A DNA stretch of 64,000 nucleotides from Orbicella franksi (taxonomy: Eukaryota): NCBI GenBank assembly GCA_964199315.1, contig OZ116712.1:11718001-11782000 (forward strand), written 5' to 3'. The notes beneath the pieces were generated by a model. It saw only the letters and a program-made list of their open reading frames with translations, had not been told where the DNA came from and ran no database searches. Shown piece after piece: positions 50,801 through 62,652 of this stretch. The stretch's first letter is position 1, and every line of letters starts with the position of its first letter. Both the position numbers and the translations under genes were made by a program.

Positions 50801-53800
50801 GTTTAGAAGTGAATATATGAAATATCATATAACTGAACCATGGAGAAAGATATGACGACATTATTGTTCATCGCAGCTATATGCATTGCACAACTTAAGC
50901 AGTTGTGAGGCTGAATCCTGAAAAAAAATTGAGACTTGAACAGGATTCAAACCCATGTCCCCTGTGATACCGGTGCAGTGCTATTTTTTCCCAGGCTTCA
51001 ATAACTGATATTGTTTTACAACTGCTTAAGTTGTGTACATACTGTAACTGCGATGATCAAACATTTCTTCATATGTTTCCCTGTTTCTTATCAATATGTG
51101 TTGAAGTAAAAAAGATACAAAACCGGGAACAATGTTTAAAGGTTGGCAACACTACCATCTTGATCAATTCTTGAAGCTTTGGTGGAGGCAACAATTCCAG
51201 CTTAAGAGGAACTAGCTAGGGCCTACATGTACTATCTTGTCAAGTAGAAATGCCAAATGGAACAAAAATTTTGCAGAATTTCCAAATTTGTGGATAAAAG
51301 ACAACCTCAAGAAGTTGATCAGAATTGTCTGTTCTGATGGATTTTGTTCTGGCATTTCTGGAAATTTTGGTTAAATTGAACACACATATTATATCTGGTT
51401 GTAGAGATGTTTTGAATATTCTGTTGTAGTTCAGGAGTCTATAAATCACGACCTTGTTGGGCAGGGCAGTACATTTAGGTATTTCTGATAAGAGGAGAAA
51501 TGGAAAAGGGCAAAAATATAGCAAGCTAATTAGATGCCCTTGTTTTCCATTTCTCCTCTCACTTGTCTACTTTATATTTATCTTTGTAATTTTAGAAAGG
51601 AATAAATAAATAAAATGAAAAAAAATGAAAATTTCTGATAAGTACCTACAAGGTATTGATGTGAGGCAGAAAATTGTAGCACAATTGCTAGAAAGTGTTA
51701 CAATATCAGGATTTAGCCGCTTAACAAACTCCAGACAATATTTTGCTATTCAAGGTACATATAACCAAAAATTGTCCATATTATTTATTTTTCCTTATAT
51801 ACAGAATTACATACGTTGAGCTAATGGTGTACACATAAGACACAAGGTTATTCCTTGTCATAGTAACTAAGAAAAGTCTTTTGATTTTTGCTGTGGTCAT
51901 TGTGCTTCTTTCTTTACCAAGCATTTGAAGGAACTCCAGAATTTTAATGGTTTAATGGCAGTGGCTGGAGGACTGACAAACTCAGTGTTGTCACGCTTAC
52001 GACAAACTCAGGAGCTACTCTCAGAAGATTGTCGCGAGGTACTAATTCTTCCACCCAGCTAAACTCACTCAGATTATAGTACAGTTTGATCTCCCATATC
52101 AAGGACCCATTAACTGATTAATGCACACGCTCACACTTGAGAAAAATAGCGTGCAAATTTGGTTACAATTGGATGTTTTTTTCTTGGTGTTTCCCAAAAT
52201 GCAATGTAAAAAAGTAACAGCAAAAACAAATAAGAAATAAGAGAAAAACAGAGAAACAAGTGAAAAAGAAAAAAAACTTATCTCCGCGTGACTATCATGT
52301 GCTTTGTTTGATCTTATTGGAGTGCGGCTAGTAGTGTGAACTACACAAGCGCTAATAGGCTAAGTTCCAATAGAAACCAGGAACACTAATCTGTTTTCTT
52401 TAAATACCAAAAGAAATGCAGGTTTTTCATGGAAATATAGCTTTGCATTCAATATTTTGAAATCCTCCCAAAATCTGACCTTTTAGAAATGAAACAAAAG
52501 AATTGAAGGCTTTCGTGCAAAAAGGGCGTATATAGCATTTTGGGTCGATTTTTATCTTTTGCAGGATCGAGCTAGTTTTTGGCAGACTGACTCGTTTTGA
52601 CATGAAAAGCATCGTTGCATAATTGTTCTTGTTGATTTGCACTTCGTTTTTGAGAAATAACGTATGCAAAAAAACTCAGTTTTCCGAGCGGCATCTTTTG
52701 GAGCGAATCCTTCCAAGGTGAATTTTGACGCAGCACAAACTTCAACGGTTACTTTTAGCAGCTTCAACAGCACGGTTTTTTTTTAAATAGATGTTTTGAT
52801 TTTTGAAAGAAGTAGAGAAAAAGACCGGAAAAAAAAAATCGACTGACCTGGTATTGAACCAGTGTCACGACAAAACAAACTTGAATCTGGCCCGTTCAGC
52901 GCCTTATTTGCTTGCGCTAATGAAGCAACAGTAAGAGAATTGCGTAATTATATGAATTATAAAACTAGCAGCAAATACCACGCTTCGGTGACTTTATCAT
53001 TTAGCAAAACAAAGGTTTCTTTTGTTTTTCGCTCAACAAAAGATCTCCAAAAGATACCCTTGGAAAACTGAGTTTTTTGCATACGTTATTTCTCGAAAAT
53101 GAAGCGCAAATCAACAAAGACAATTACGCAACGAGTACAAAACAAGTCAGTCTGCCAAAAATTAGCTCGATCCTGCAAAAAATTAAAATCGGCCCAAAAT
53201 GCTATATACACCCTTTTTGCTTGAAAGCCTTCAATTGTGAATAGCAACAGTACTGAGGATTAAAATTGAAATATTAATTAAATCAAAGAATCAATTAAGT
53301 ATTATGCCTCGGGGAGCCTTTACATTTTTTGTGTCACATGACCATAGGCGTGACCTGATGAGGTCTTCACTGGTGTTACTGATCATGAAAAATTAAAACG
53401 CATGAAATAACTCTGAACTAACTGAAAATGATGAGGTTATATGAGAATAAATTTTCCGTAGCAATGGCTCAAAAAGATCAGTTATGGGTCCTTAAAGCAG
53501 ACATGCAAACAGCAGTAGTTAGCTTTAAAGCCAAATACATTCATTTAATAAATAGTAAAAATAAAAACAGATAAATACCATTGCATTTACAACCAATCAG
53601 CATTACCAGATGCGGAGGGATTATCACTCATGCCCATGATGTTGTCACTGATTGGTTATGCACTGGTATTTACCTATTTATTTCTATTTCTACAGGATTC
53701 AAAATGACTTAAAACATAAACAGATGACTCATAATTACATTGAAAGACTGCAGCCCTTGCATGAAGTGTGTCTGACTCTCTGTGTTTGTTTTTCTTTAGT

Positions 53801-56800
53801 ACCTCAAACTGTTAATGGAGTTCTTGTCTTCCAATGGAAACTACGCATCCTATAGGAAAACCTTGAATAACTGTACTGGATTCTATATTCCTATTTTGTA
53901 AGTTCTAGACTAAGAATCATACTTGCAAGTTGCAATTATTACTATAATATTACTTGACAAAATGTTACCGAAAATAAATTTTTTCAGTTCAGCTCTGGAT
54001 TGAGCACAAAAACATGCATTGATCTTGGTGACTATGCAGCACTGTTTGTATTGCTGGCAAGAACAAAATTTACTTCAACATTGTTTTTTCAGTTTACCGC
54101 TCGCAACTAAGACCACCACCCTTGCTTTAGTACATGCAGTGACAAGTTATCAGTGAATTTACATTCTTTGGAGATGCCACTAATATTCCATGACTCGTAT
54201 GCATTGACTCAGGATTATTTTGTTGATAAAGTATTGTAATTGTGACAAGGTTGGTTTTGTGCTCAATCTGTTCATATTTTCTCTATTCTGTTTTCTTCAA
54301 TCCTCCATCTGCTGTAACATACCTGTGTTGGGAATGAACACAGAGGTGAGTTCACAAATTTAGTACATAACAATATGTTTTCCCACCACTGGTATATAAT
54401 TTTAATATTTAGAGCAAAGTAATTAACCCACATATAACATGTATGTGGCTAAAAGATTAAGATGATTTCCGCAGAACATTCGAGCAACAATGGCAAAAAT
54501 TAAGTTACCAAAGAAGCCCCGTGGCATGATAATATTCTGAATACAGTTAAGAAGAACTTATCGAGACTTAAGCTCTTAAGCTGACCCCACGAGAGAAAAT
54601 TAAAGTTGAAGTTATTCATATTTCAATTAAAACAGACGTTTTGCATTAGTTAGAAACACAATAGCACGCGCTTTGAGCATTCTCACGAGGTTTGACATTA
54701 ACTTTCTTGAGAATGCTTGAGAATTTAATCGTGGGGTCACTGGGAGAAATGAACTAAAGTGAGTTGTTTTAAGGTAATTCTTCTGAAATAAAAGTGACAG
54801 TAGATGTTTGTTCAAACTTTGCCCACTGAATATTTGTCATATGATAACTTAAATTTTGAAATAAAAAGGGGGGTGCCCATACTCATTAAGAAGCAGTGAG
54901 GCATTGAAAATGCCCCATTTTGGCATTATTTAATGCTTATTATAAGAACGCATTCCCAGTAATTGTAAAATCTTTGTGAGCCCAGACTCATAAGGACATG
55001 CATTAAACTGCAGTCAATACATTGTGTCGGACACAAATAAACATTTTAAGTTTGATTCAGACAAAGCTAAATCCTTGATTAAAAATTTGAACCAAATTTC
55101 TTGACGTGGTACCAAACTGCAAAATAGAATAGACCACAGTGTATCTGCTATTTTTCTTATTTATTCAATTTTCAGCAATAGAAATTAGATCAGTCTTTTC
55201 TCACACAAAGCTTATGATTAGTTGATTACAATGACTGGAAAAAAAATTGGGGTGCCTGTGCTCGTTGGTGAGCTAGAGCCATTTTTCAACTAACAGAGCC
55301 CAATATCAAGGCAAATCCGTCATGTTTTCAATATGCGCATGCACGAGCGTGCGCTAATGACGCCATAAATTATGCGCAGTAAGGATGCGCGATGCAAATG
55401 TGAGGAATGACCTTAAATGGTATTCCAAAAGTTACTGTGTTATGAGTAGATTTTTAGTGAATAATTTTTGCACTTATTGCTCGAACTTTGAGCGGAATCC
55501 GTCTTAAGTAGTTCATTTAATACAACCCCAGATGTGATGGACAGACAAACAAATTGACTGACCCATGGACTGGTTAAATGACTCACTGACATTGTTTCAA
55601 TGATACAAAACAAATTAAAGAAACAGATACAATAATTACTCTATGTACATATACAAGCTACTAACAAATAAACACCAGTCATTGTTCCAGATAAATGAGC
55701 GGTCCCAGGTCAAAAACCCGACAAGATCGGCTACATAACCCAACAAATTAATGGAAAATTTACAGTGATTTGGTGGGAGCAGTGGGAATTGACCTATTGG
55801 ACTTCGTAATGACTAATTGACACCTTGTCTTGAAAACTTGTCTGTAACCCTACCAATACATTGACTCCCTGTATAACTCACTGATTGAATTGCAGAATGA
55901 CTGAGGGCATACGGTGCTGTGAAACTCTATTAATCACAGTGAGACTGAACATCTGATTTGGTGACAGCATCTTGAATTATTTAATACTAATACTTCTACA
56001 GGCATTCAGTTAAAAGATCTTATTGCCTTGCACACTGCGCTCCCTGACACCGTGGATGGACATCTCCTTAATGTACAGAAGATGATTCGTTTATCAAATA
56101 TCATGTCACGACTACTGCAGGTGCAAACCTCACTTCCAGCTTTGCAGCCAAATTTGGAACTCATCAAAATGTTACGGGTAAGATTGAAATCAAACCAATT
56201 TAAACTTAAAATTCCATGCACTTTTGTTACACAGTTCAAGGGATAAAATTAATACTTTCTAAATTTTGGTATTTTAAAATTAAATTAAATGTAGTTATTG
56301 TTTTGTTTCTTTTGCTATGCAGTCAAACTTCCTGTCGGCAATTACCTTAAATGTCAAACCTTGATGGTCACTTATGCATAAACACTAGAGAAGTGATTTA
56401 AATTTTTGAATTTGATTGGGAAAAAAAACTAATTTTATCTAAACAGCACAACTTACTCTAGGCCAGAATGCAAAGTATAAATTAAAATTATCCTATTTCA
56501 GACTAAAAATTTATATCCCCTTATGGACCATAACTGTATAACATTATGTATAATATTAAAATGGGTTTAATTAATGTTTTCCTCTTTTTTGTCAGAATAA
56601 TCAAGATTATTTCGGAAAATATTCACATTAATTCTGCATCTATAGTTAAATTAGATTACCCTGATATTTAGTGTCTGCTAAGTTTGCACTTTCACTACAC
56701 TGTGTGACTAAAGTTTCCATTATTACTGAAAGGTCAAAAAACAATACTAACAATTGCTCCACCTTTTTTGCAGGTCTCACTACAACCCAGACTCACAGAC

Positions 56801-59800
56801 GAAGAGCTGTATGAATTATCTCTTGCAAGGGAACCAAGAATGCACAGTCATTCTGTAAGAAAACTAGTGATGCAATATTCATTCCATTACATCTTGAAGT
56901 TTTATGATGATTATTTTGGTATTTACGCCTCATAAGATGTCAGCTAGTGATCTCCCGACCATTATTTTGAGGTGTGAAGTCATGACTGAAATTTTTCAAT
57001 CCCTGACCCCTTCTCCTGAAGTAATATGAAGTGAAGATAGCTGGATTTTGAAACTTGCCTCATAAAGAAGAAAAAAGTTTGGCCATTATCCTGTCATTTT
57101 GACACCACGGTTGGTCAACAACCCATATAGCTATAGTTGCTAATTTGCTACCCTGCTAATTTATTCTCGATTATTTTGAATATTCTTTCCCCATATTTAT
57201 TTCAAACTCAAAAGCATTTCCCTTGGGTCTGCCCTTCAGTCATTTACTATCAGGTATTTCGAACTCCCACTATTTCAAACTACTTTTTGTTTCCCCTGAG
57301 AATTCAATATAGCAGGGTTCAACTGTAGTCTACATCTTAACTTGTAAGCTGCTTGAAGCTCGCGCAGTTGGACGTGTTCTTTGATGAATTTTGCTCAACT
57401 TACACAAGTCATCCCGATGATACAAATAAGCAATGTGTAAAGCTATAATAAAGAAAAAGCCCCTTTAAAGACTTTGTGAGGGGCTGAGAGGCAAGGATAA
57501 TAAAAATATTATCTCTATTGGAAAAAGAATGATTTGTTTTGTGACATAATGAAGGATGACAGTGCCTTTGTGATCACTTTATTAAGAGCTGTGCAAGTCT
57601 TGGAAGTGTAGAGTCAAGTGGTGAACAATATGTGATGTTTGCTGATTGGGCGGCTGGATTGTTAGACACAACACCTGATCCTGTGACATCCGAGAAACAT
57701 GTTGCATCCATGGTGGAGGTTGGTAGCATATTTGTTAAGTTAGAGGAATTGCTTTTTGGCTCTGTGTCAAAAACAGTCTTCGTGCGAAACCATTGATATG
57801 GAAATGTGTTCCCCCTACAGGTTCATTTTCATACAGATCAAACTCATTTTCATATAAAAGGGTTTGCATGAAGACTCGTTTTGAAACTGAGGCACAAGGC
57901 AGCGGCATGTAGGACCGTTACTTGGAACAAAGCAAAAGACAAGAGGCTATATTGTTCCCAATAACGATCCCACAAGCCACTGGGAGATTGAACTCGCCCC
58001 AGATTTCCTCTCGTTTTTATAGTGGCAAATACTGACAGGGATGCTCTTATGTAAAACAACTTTCAGGTATTAAAATGCCTGTTTCTTTACCACTTAGGCC
58101 CTGGACATATTGACATTTTCACTTACCTGTGGCTATAGTTGAGTAAACGTATGTTAATAGAGGGATTGTCCATGTAAACAAACCCTCTTTTTAACTTGGA
58201 AAATCCTGGTTGTGGGTATGGATGGGAGATTCGCTTGATCCTACCTTCGCTCTTTCACTCCTTCGCTTCCTGTTAGACTTTTGCTAAAGTGTCTTGTTAT
58301 ATTCGACGTGGAGGTGTAACGATTTCCTCACCGAGTGAGACGATCCATTTTCCTAGTTGAGTGGCTCAGATTCCGCTCATAGCCACTTTGATTCTATGTT
58401 GAGGTTGTTTGGATGTATCATTCAATTGGGAGCCACCGTAAGAGAAAAAAAATACTGTATGAAGGAAACTGAACACAAGTTTAGAAAAACTGATGATAAC
58501 AAAAGAAATGTGATTCTCGTCTCTTAAATACCATTTATGTAATAACCCGGATATTTTGACGGTAACTGGCCATCCACGAGCACTTAAGAACAGGCTGTCC
58601 AGAATCTTAGCCTACCGTAAAGTCATCTAGCTAACGTAAGCCTGCGTGAATTTCTGTTGTTTACTCCCAATGTATATTATTTCAATTCACTAGGTGGCTT
58701 GTAGCGCACCCACTGATGACAGTGCTTCTTGTATTAACAAGTGATCCCACATGTTTACTTACTATTTTCTTGTATTCTGTGTAGGCTGTGTTCAAAGTTT
58801 ATGACACAAACAAAGATGGTTCAATATCAACAGAAGAGTTTGATGCAATTGCTACTAATTTTCCATTTATTGATTCATTTGGAGTTCTCGATGTTAACCG
58901 GTGAGAATTTGGTTTGCTATTTGTTCTTAAGTCTCATCAAATGATTTAATGTCCAAGTAGTTACGTAGGTTCACGCGCTTCACACACAAGGTTTACGCTC
59001 ATGGCGCTCCGCGCCTTTCGAATAGGGAAGAAACAACAACTGTTTGGCAGTCTAAGTAGTTACGTAGACTGCAAAACAGCTGTATTTTTACGTTAGACAA
59101 TTAAGTATGAATATTAATGGCGCTTTCAATTCGACCAAAATTCCAGTTTGAATTTCTGCACATTTGTAATGGCGAATGGAACAGTGTTTCCTGGAATTTC
59201 TAGAAATGATGACAACCTTGCCAGGTATACCAAAATTTTCGAAATTTATTAGTGGAACTTGAATTCGGAAATTCAACAATTCTCACGGATTTTTCAAAAG
59301 CTTTCAAGGACATTCCCTTTTGCCCCAGTTTCGAATGTTACAGATTTAATAACAATATACACTACCATGCAGTACCTCTTCCCCTGCCTTAAAAATGTCT
59401 AGTAAAATTAGCACTTCCACTGAAGTTTTGTTAAAGGGTGAAAATGACTGAGTTATCGCGACACTCCAGTCTTACCAGAAAACCATTCAAGGTAGCTAGT
59501 GTACTGAATGCAATGAATTTGTCGCCTTTTGCCAGATCTTAGCCCACTTTTCAGAGTAGCTTTTACAATATAAAATGCTCTACATTCAGTTAAATTATTA
59601 TATGTCACATGCGTGTGCAAACCGAAACTCAAATGCTTTTCTTAATCAAGTTTATCAAACTTGCAGTTCGTGGTAGACTTTGTGTGTCTTCGCTTTTTTA
59701 GCTCAAATGGCTCTGTGTTGTGAAGTAACGGTCACAATTTCGCAACTTGATAATTTCAAGTTATGCATGCCTAATCCGTGATCAGGGTGTGCTTTAGTTT

Positions 59801-62652
59801 GCTCATTACGTCAATAATTTTCAAGTTAATAAACAGAAGTAACTTTGAGACTGATTTGATGTGACGGCATTTTCATTGTGTAGTGATGGAGTCATCAGTC
59901 GTGAAGAGATGAAGAATTACTTTATGAAAGCACACTGTCACGAGTTGAGTAAAGGCTTTTCGCACACCTTTCAAGAAACAACGTACTTCACACCAACCTT
60001 TTGTGACCATTGTGCAGGCATGGTAAGGAACGCATTTATAATTAAACTGTATAGAGCGTATTCTTTCACGTGTCCAGCAGCCATGCAAATTTATTGGAAC
60101 GAACGACAGTCTTTACATAAGAAAAGAGTTGAACTCCCACAGGATTGGTTTGGTACGCCAACATGGCTGTCGTGTCATTCTTTTGGAACACCAATATGGC
60201 TGCCATGACGTCATGTGCATGCGTTCCACAGTCAGGAACATGAAGAAAGTGCTTGTTTCTTTTGCCGCCATCTTGCCAATTGTAGTCTCATTAGATGGTT
60301 CTTTCTTCGGCTTTCATTCCTGTCTTCCTTCCTTCCCTCCTTCCCTTCCGTTCTTCCTTCCTTCCCAGTTTCCTCCCTTTTTCCGTCCTATACCCTTCCT
60401 AACTTCCTAACGTCATGCTTTTTCTAAATATCTTTCAGCTATGGGGAATCATCAAGCAAGGATACAGGTGTAAAGGCAAGAATTTTTAAGTGGTGTTTCA
60501 ATGCAATGCCCAAAATTACAAACAAAAGAGAATCGCAATTCCTAGTTTGACAACATTTATGCGTATTGGGTACAAAGGAAAAAACTCCTCAAATGGAGTC
60601 AGTGTTGTTCTCCTGAGCGATCTTTTAAGAGCGTTATTATCACCCATTGACTTTGCTTATTTCTACCGACGGTTAGGTCGCCTTCACTTCATGATCTGAT
60701 CGTTAGATACAACACAATGGCACGTGTTGGCCTTGCAAGGAGAAATCCGTCATTATTGGGTTTTTGGATTACAAATACCTAACATTGCTAAATTTGACTC
60801 ATATCCTTTCAACAGTCCATTAAACCAATTTGACTACTTTCCCTCGTTTTCTATGGGCAGCCGTCGCTTATATTCCCTTTTTCATATTACCTCTTCACTT
60901 CCCTCACTGCCATTTTATTGCGTTCTTCCAGTTTGTCACATTAATTGCCACAAGAATTGCAAAGGAGAGATAGTGAGAGGATGTCGTCAGAAGTCGCCTA
61001 ACCAGTTGAATGGTAAGAGTAACTCCCAGGATCCGACGGAATAGGCTTTTATTATATGGCTAGCTCCGTGAGCGGGCAAGATCAACTGAATACTACGCTG
61101 TGATTGGCTACCCGAGTGGGCAAGATGGTGCCATCTTGCCCGCCCGGGATTACCCGCCGTGTGTAATAAATCCTTTATTGACCAAGCTTGTTCAGTCAAT
61201 ATGGCTGGATATTGGTCTCCTTTTATTTTTCCGTATTTATGGACCTCCACTCCGTCTTGGTCTTTAAACACGGAAAAAAATAACTTGGCCAATATCCAGC
61301 CATCTTGACCGAACAAGCTTGGTCAATAACCAATAAATCTTTCCTCAGTCTTTTCTTAGGATAGAAAAGGCTTATCTCTCCTCGGTGAAATCACTAGGAT
61401 TGAAATAGACTCGTCTTTAATTACTCAATTGGCTGTGATTGAAACAGGCTCGTCTTTGCTTATGCCAATCCCTAGGATTGGAATAGGACAGGTTTCATAA
61501 CCAAGGAACTACTACTATTCATAAATGGGGCTTCTTTTCAGAAAATATAATTAATTGTTCTACTTACTGTTTCTTCATCAACTGTTTCAGGCGTAGAAAA
61601 GTCTCCTTACAAAGTGGACACACTTAGAATTGCCAAATGGAAAAACAAAATGAAGCTCCACAAACAATTTTCCGAGGAATCCCTGAAGTCTTTAAATGGC
61701 GAGTCTGTCAGTGTACCAGTAGATCAGTACAAACAACTTCTTCGTGCCCAGCAGGTCAGTAGATAAAAGGCCGTACTACTTCGTTGATAGTGTTGACACT
61801 CATTGAAATTTACTGGGCTTCTGTTGCCAAGAATTTGAACAGGATCTTTGCCCTCACCTTAATAAAGCTCTTATGACTGATGAAATTTGTCTCCAGTTTG
61901 AAGACACTTTTCTTTTCCATTTTTCCGCTCACTACTGTTTTTTCCACCCTCTGTATTCATTAACACTGGTTACGATTGACATCTCAACAACAAAAATCAC
62001 GTGATTTTGTTCGGGCACACAGCAATCGCGTTGAGGTCAGGAAACCCTGTTCTACACTGAAAAATTCACATTCAAAGTTATTTAGCAAATTGTTTCGCTT
62101 TTTTTCCTCTGGTACCTCAAATTTAAGGTAGCGGAATCCTCTTGGTGGGATGGGCAGGGGAACCAGCGAAGTACACTTTTTGTTGTGACCTCCAAGAAGC
62201 ACTTCTGTTATCAACTAAACCTTTTCACTCTGCTATAAACATTAACTTACTAACAAAGAATAATAGCTCCTCGGATCAAACCTTGTTGTGTGCTCTCCGA
62301 GTTATTTTGTCAGCGAACAAAGGATATGGTCTTTCATTTCCTTTGCACAGGAGGTTGTCTGATAGCGCATAGTTTTCCCTTGATAATTAACAAAGTAGAA
62401 ACACTCTGTTTGTTGTTATCATTATCATTCTTAAGCTGAGTTTGTGTCACTTGATTTTGTTTTTTTCATTAAACATTTTAGGCAAATGAAGCAATCCTGG
62501 CGGAGAATGTTCGTCTTCACAGGGACTTACAAGACGCCACACACAAGTTAGGCTTGTTGCAAAATCATCTGAATTCTCTGAGACAAAACACTGTTACTTT
62601 TATCTTGGAGCAGATGGATGCTTTACAGATGCAGAAGGATACGGAGGTATAG
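35882..62652 (+). CDS. RASGRP1: RAS guanyl-releasing protein (RasGRP/CalDAG-GEF family), 690 aa: REM, CDC25 GEF, 2 EF-hands, C1, C-terminal coiled coil
   Basis: Exons: 35882-36011, 40500-40596, 42213-42284, 44621-44743, 49491-49653 ([17 protein letters not shown]), 50466-50639 ([15 protein letters not shown]), 51922-52038 ([14 protein letters not shown]), 53800-53897 ([12 protein letters not shown]...FYIPI), +2 nt (see findings), 56002-56177 ([10 protein letters not shown]), 56774-56854 ([11 protein letters not shown]), 57587-57718 (ADWAAG), 58785-58900 (EF loop [12 protein letters not shown]), 59884-60022 (EF loop spanning the junction [12 protein letters not shown]; [17 protein letters not shown]), 60439-60475, 60932-61012 (CHINCHKNC), 61591-61754, 62482-62652. 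Total 2073 nt. The symbol is family-level; one-to-one orthology to a vertebrate paralog is not established. Confidence 0.92.
38136..38702. mobile_element. Non-autonomous element with G/C-run termini and 8-bp TSD (hAT- or P-like)
   Basis: TSD GCAAAGGC at 38128-38135 and 38703-38710; termini CCAGGGGGGG / CCGCCGCCGGG; internal ACCCTGTTTAGGAC repeats. Confidence 0.7.
39388..40432. mobile_element. Element with AGAGGG...CCCTCT termini and 6-bp TSD
   Basis: TSD ACATTG at 39382-39387 and 40433-40438; TIR AGAGGG(GG)ACATGGGG; subterminal (A)CACCGCA repeats. Confidence 0.65.
40825..42027. mobile_element. Tc1/mariner-type MITE with ~200-bp TIRs
   Basis: TA|CAGTGCGTTTACTGAAACCGGGGCCACCCAGACAATG...CATTGTCTGGGTGGCCCCGGTTTCAGTAAACACACTG|TA. 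Confidence 0.8.
42316..42403 (+). repeat. 9-bp minisatellite (CCATGTC(C/A)C) x ~10
   Basis: Directly visible tandem array; accounts for the spurious [11 protein letters not shown] at 42126-42428. Confidence 0.9.
43018..44182. mobile_element. TA-flanked CAGTCAAACCTCT-type MITE with a nested MULE
   Basis: TA|CAGTCAAACCTCT...AGAGGTTCCTCTG|TA. Confidence 0.65.
43510..44155 (+). mobile_element. Internally deleted Mutator-like (MULE) element
   Basis: Termini CGGTTAC / GTAAACCG; GTCACTTCGTTCC subterminal repeats at both ends. 43771-43941 reads [57 protein letters not shown], resembling a MULE transposase up to the first catalytic D (WYxDGTF). Confidence 0.7.
46456..46692 (-). pseudogene. BEN-domain coding fragment, 5'-truncated
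   Basis: [68 protein letters not shown] fits the BEN pattern (hhxxhF...SG...LDxxKLxxh+xxh...aP...Wxxh...Ixxxh+). The frame is open to its stop. Confidence 0.7.
46684..47210 (+). pseudogene. Tc1-like DD34E-type transposase, 5'-truncated and frameshifted
   Basis: KLSFRRK...[22 protein letters not shown]; [24 protein letters not shown]; [22 protein letters not shown]. Two frameshifts and one stop; D-to-E spacing about 34 after correcting the frameshift. Confidence 0.85.
47791..48560. mobile_element. Non-autonomous TTAA-target (Kolobok-like) element, copy 2, nested in the Tc1 element
   Basis: TTAA|AGTGCCTATGAAGTAAAAA...TTTTTACTTCATAGGCACT|TTAA; homologous to 1610-2397 along its length. Confidence 0.8.
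50868..51056. repeat. Small foldback enclosing a tRNA 3'-half-like core
   Basis: About 40-bp inverted arms (TCATCGCAG...CACAACTTAAGCAGTTGT). The core 50929-50982 on the - strand reads GCACTGCACCGGTATCACAGGGGACATGGGTTTGAATCCTGTTCAAGTCT (degenerate B box). Confidence 0.55.
52501..53235. mobile_element. MITE with ~190-bp TIRs and a tRNA-Leu-like core
   Basis: Left AATTGAAGGCTTTC...ACGTATGCAAAAAAACTCAGTTTT; right AAAACTGAGTTTTTTGCATACGT...GAAAGCCTTCAATT. Confidence 0.75.
60324..60412 (+). repeat. (TTCC/CCTT)n-like pyrimidine low-complexity tract upstream of the C1 exon acceptor
   Basis: Visible degenerate TTCC repeats. Confidence 0.75.
61048..61335. mobile_element. MITE-like repeat with internal palindrome
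   Basis: TTATTGACCAAGCTTGTTCAGTCAATATGGCTGGATATTGG and its inverted copy CCAATATCCAGCCATCTTGACCGAACAAGCTTGGTCAATAA. Confidence 0.6.

Noticed and set aside
50929-50982. Functional tRNA gene
   Set aside because: Only a 3' half with a degenerate B box; no complete cloverleaf. The same applies to 52841-52920.
53350-53440. CTGATGAG resembling a hammerhead ribozyme core or snoRNA C box
   Set aside because: No convincing stem II closing onto GAAA, no stem I/III pairing, and no terminal stem with a properly placed D box.
53696-53765. Strong-looking acceptor TTTCTACAG| upstream of RasGRP exon 53800
   Set aside because: Phase 0 from the 52038 donor gives GAT TCA AAA TGA (stop), and the open frame has no RasGRP similarity.
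55940-56001. Upstream phase-2 acceptor (TCACAG|55940) as a fix for the frameshifted junction
   Set aside because: In-frame TGA at 55962-55964.
60129-60427. Two ORFs with F/L/P/S-rich ends
   Set aside because: Produced by the TTCC low-complexity tract in an intron.
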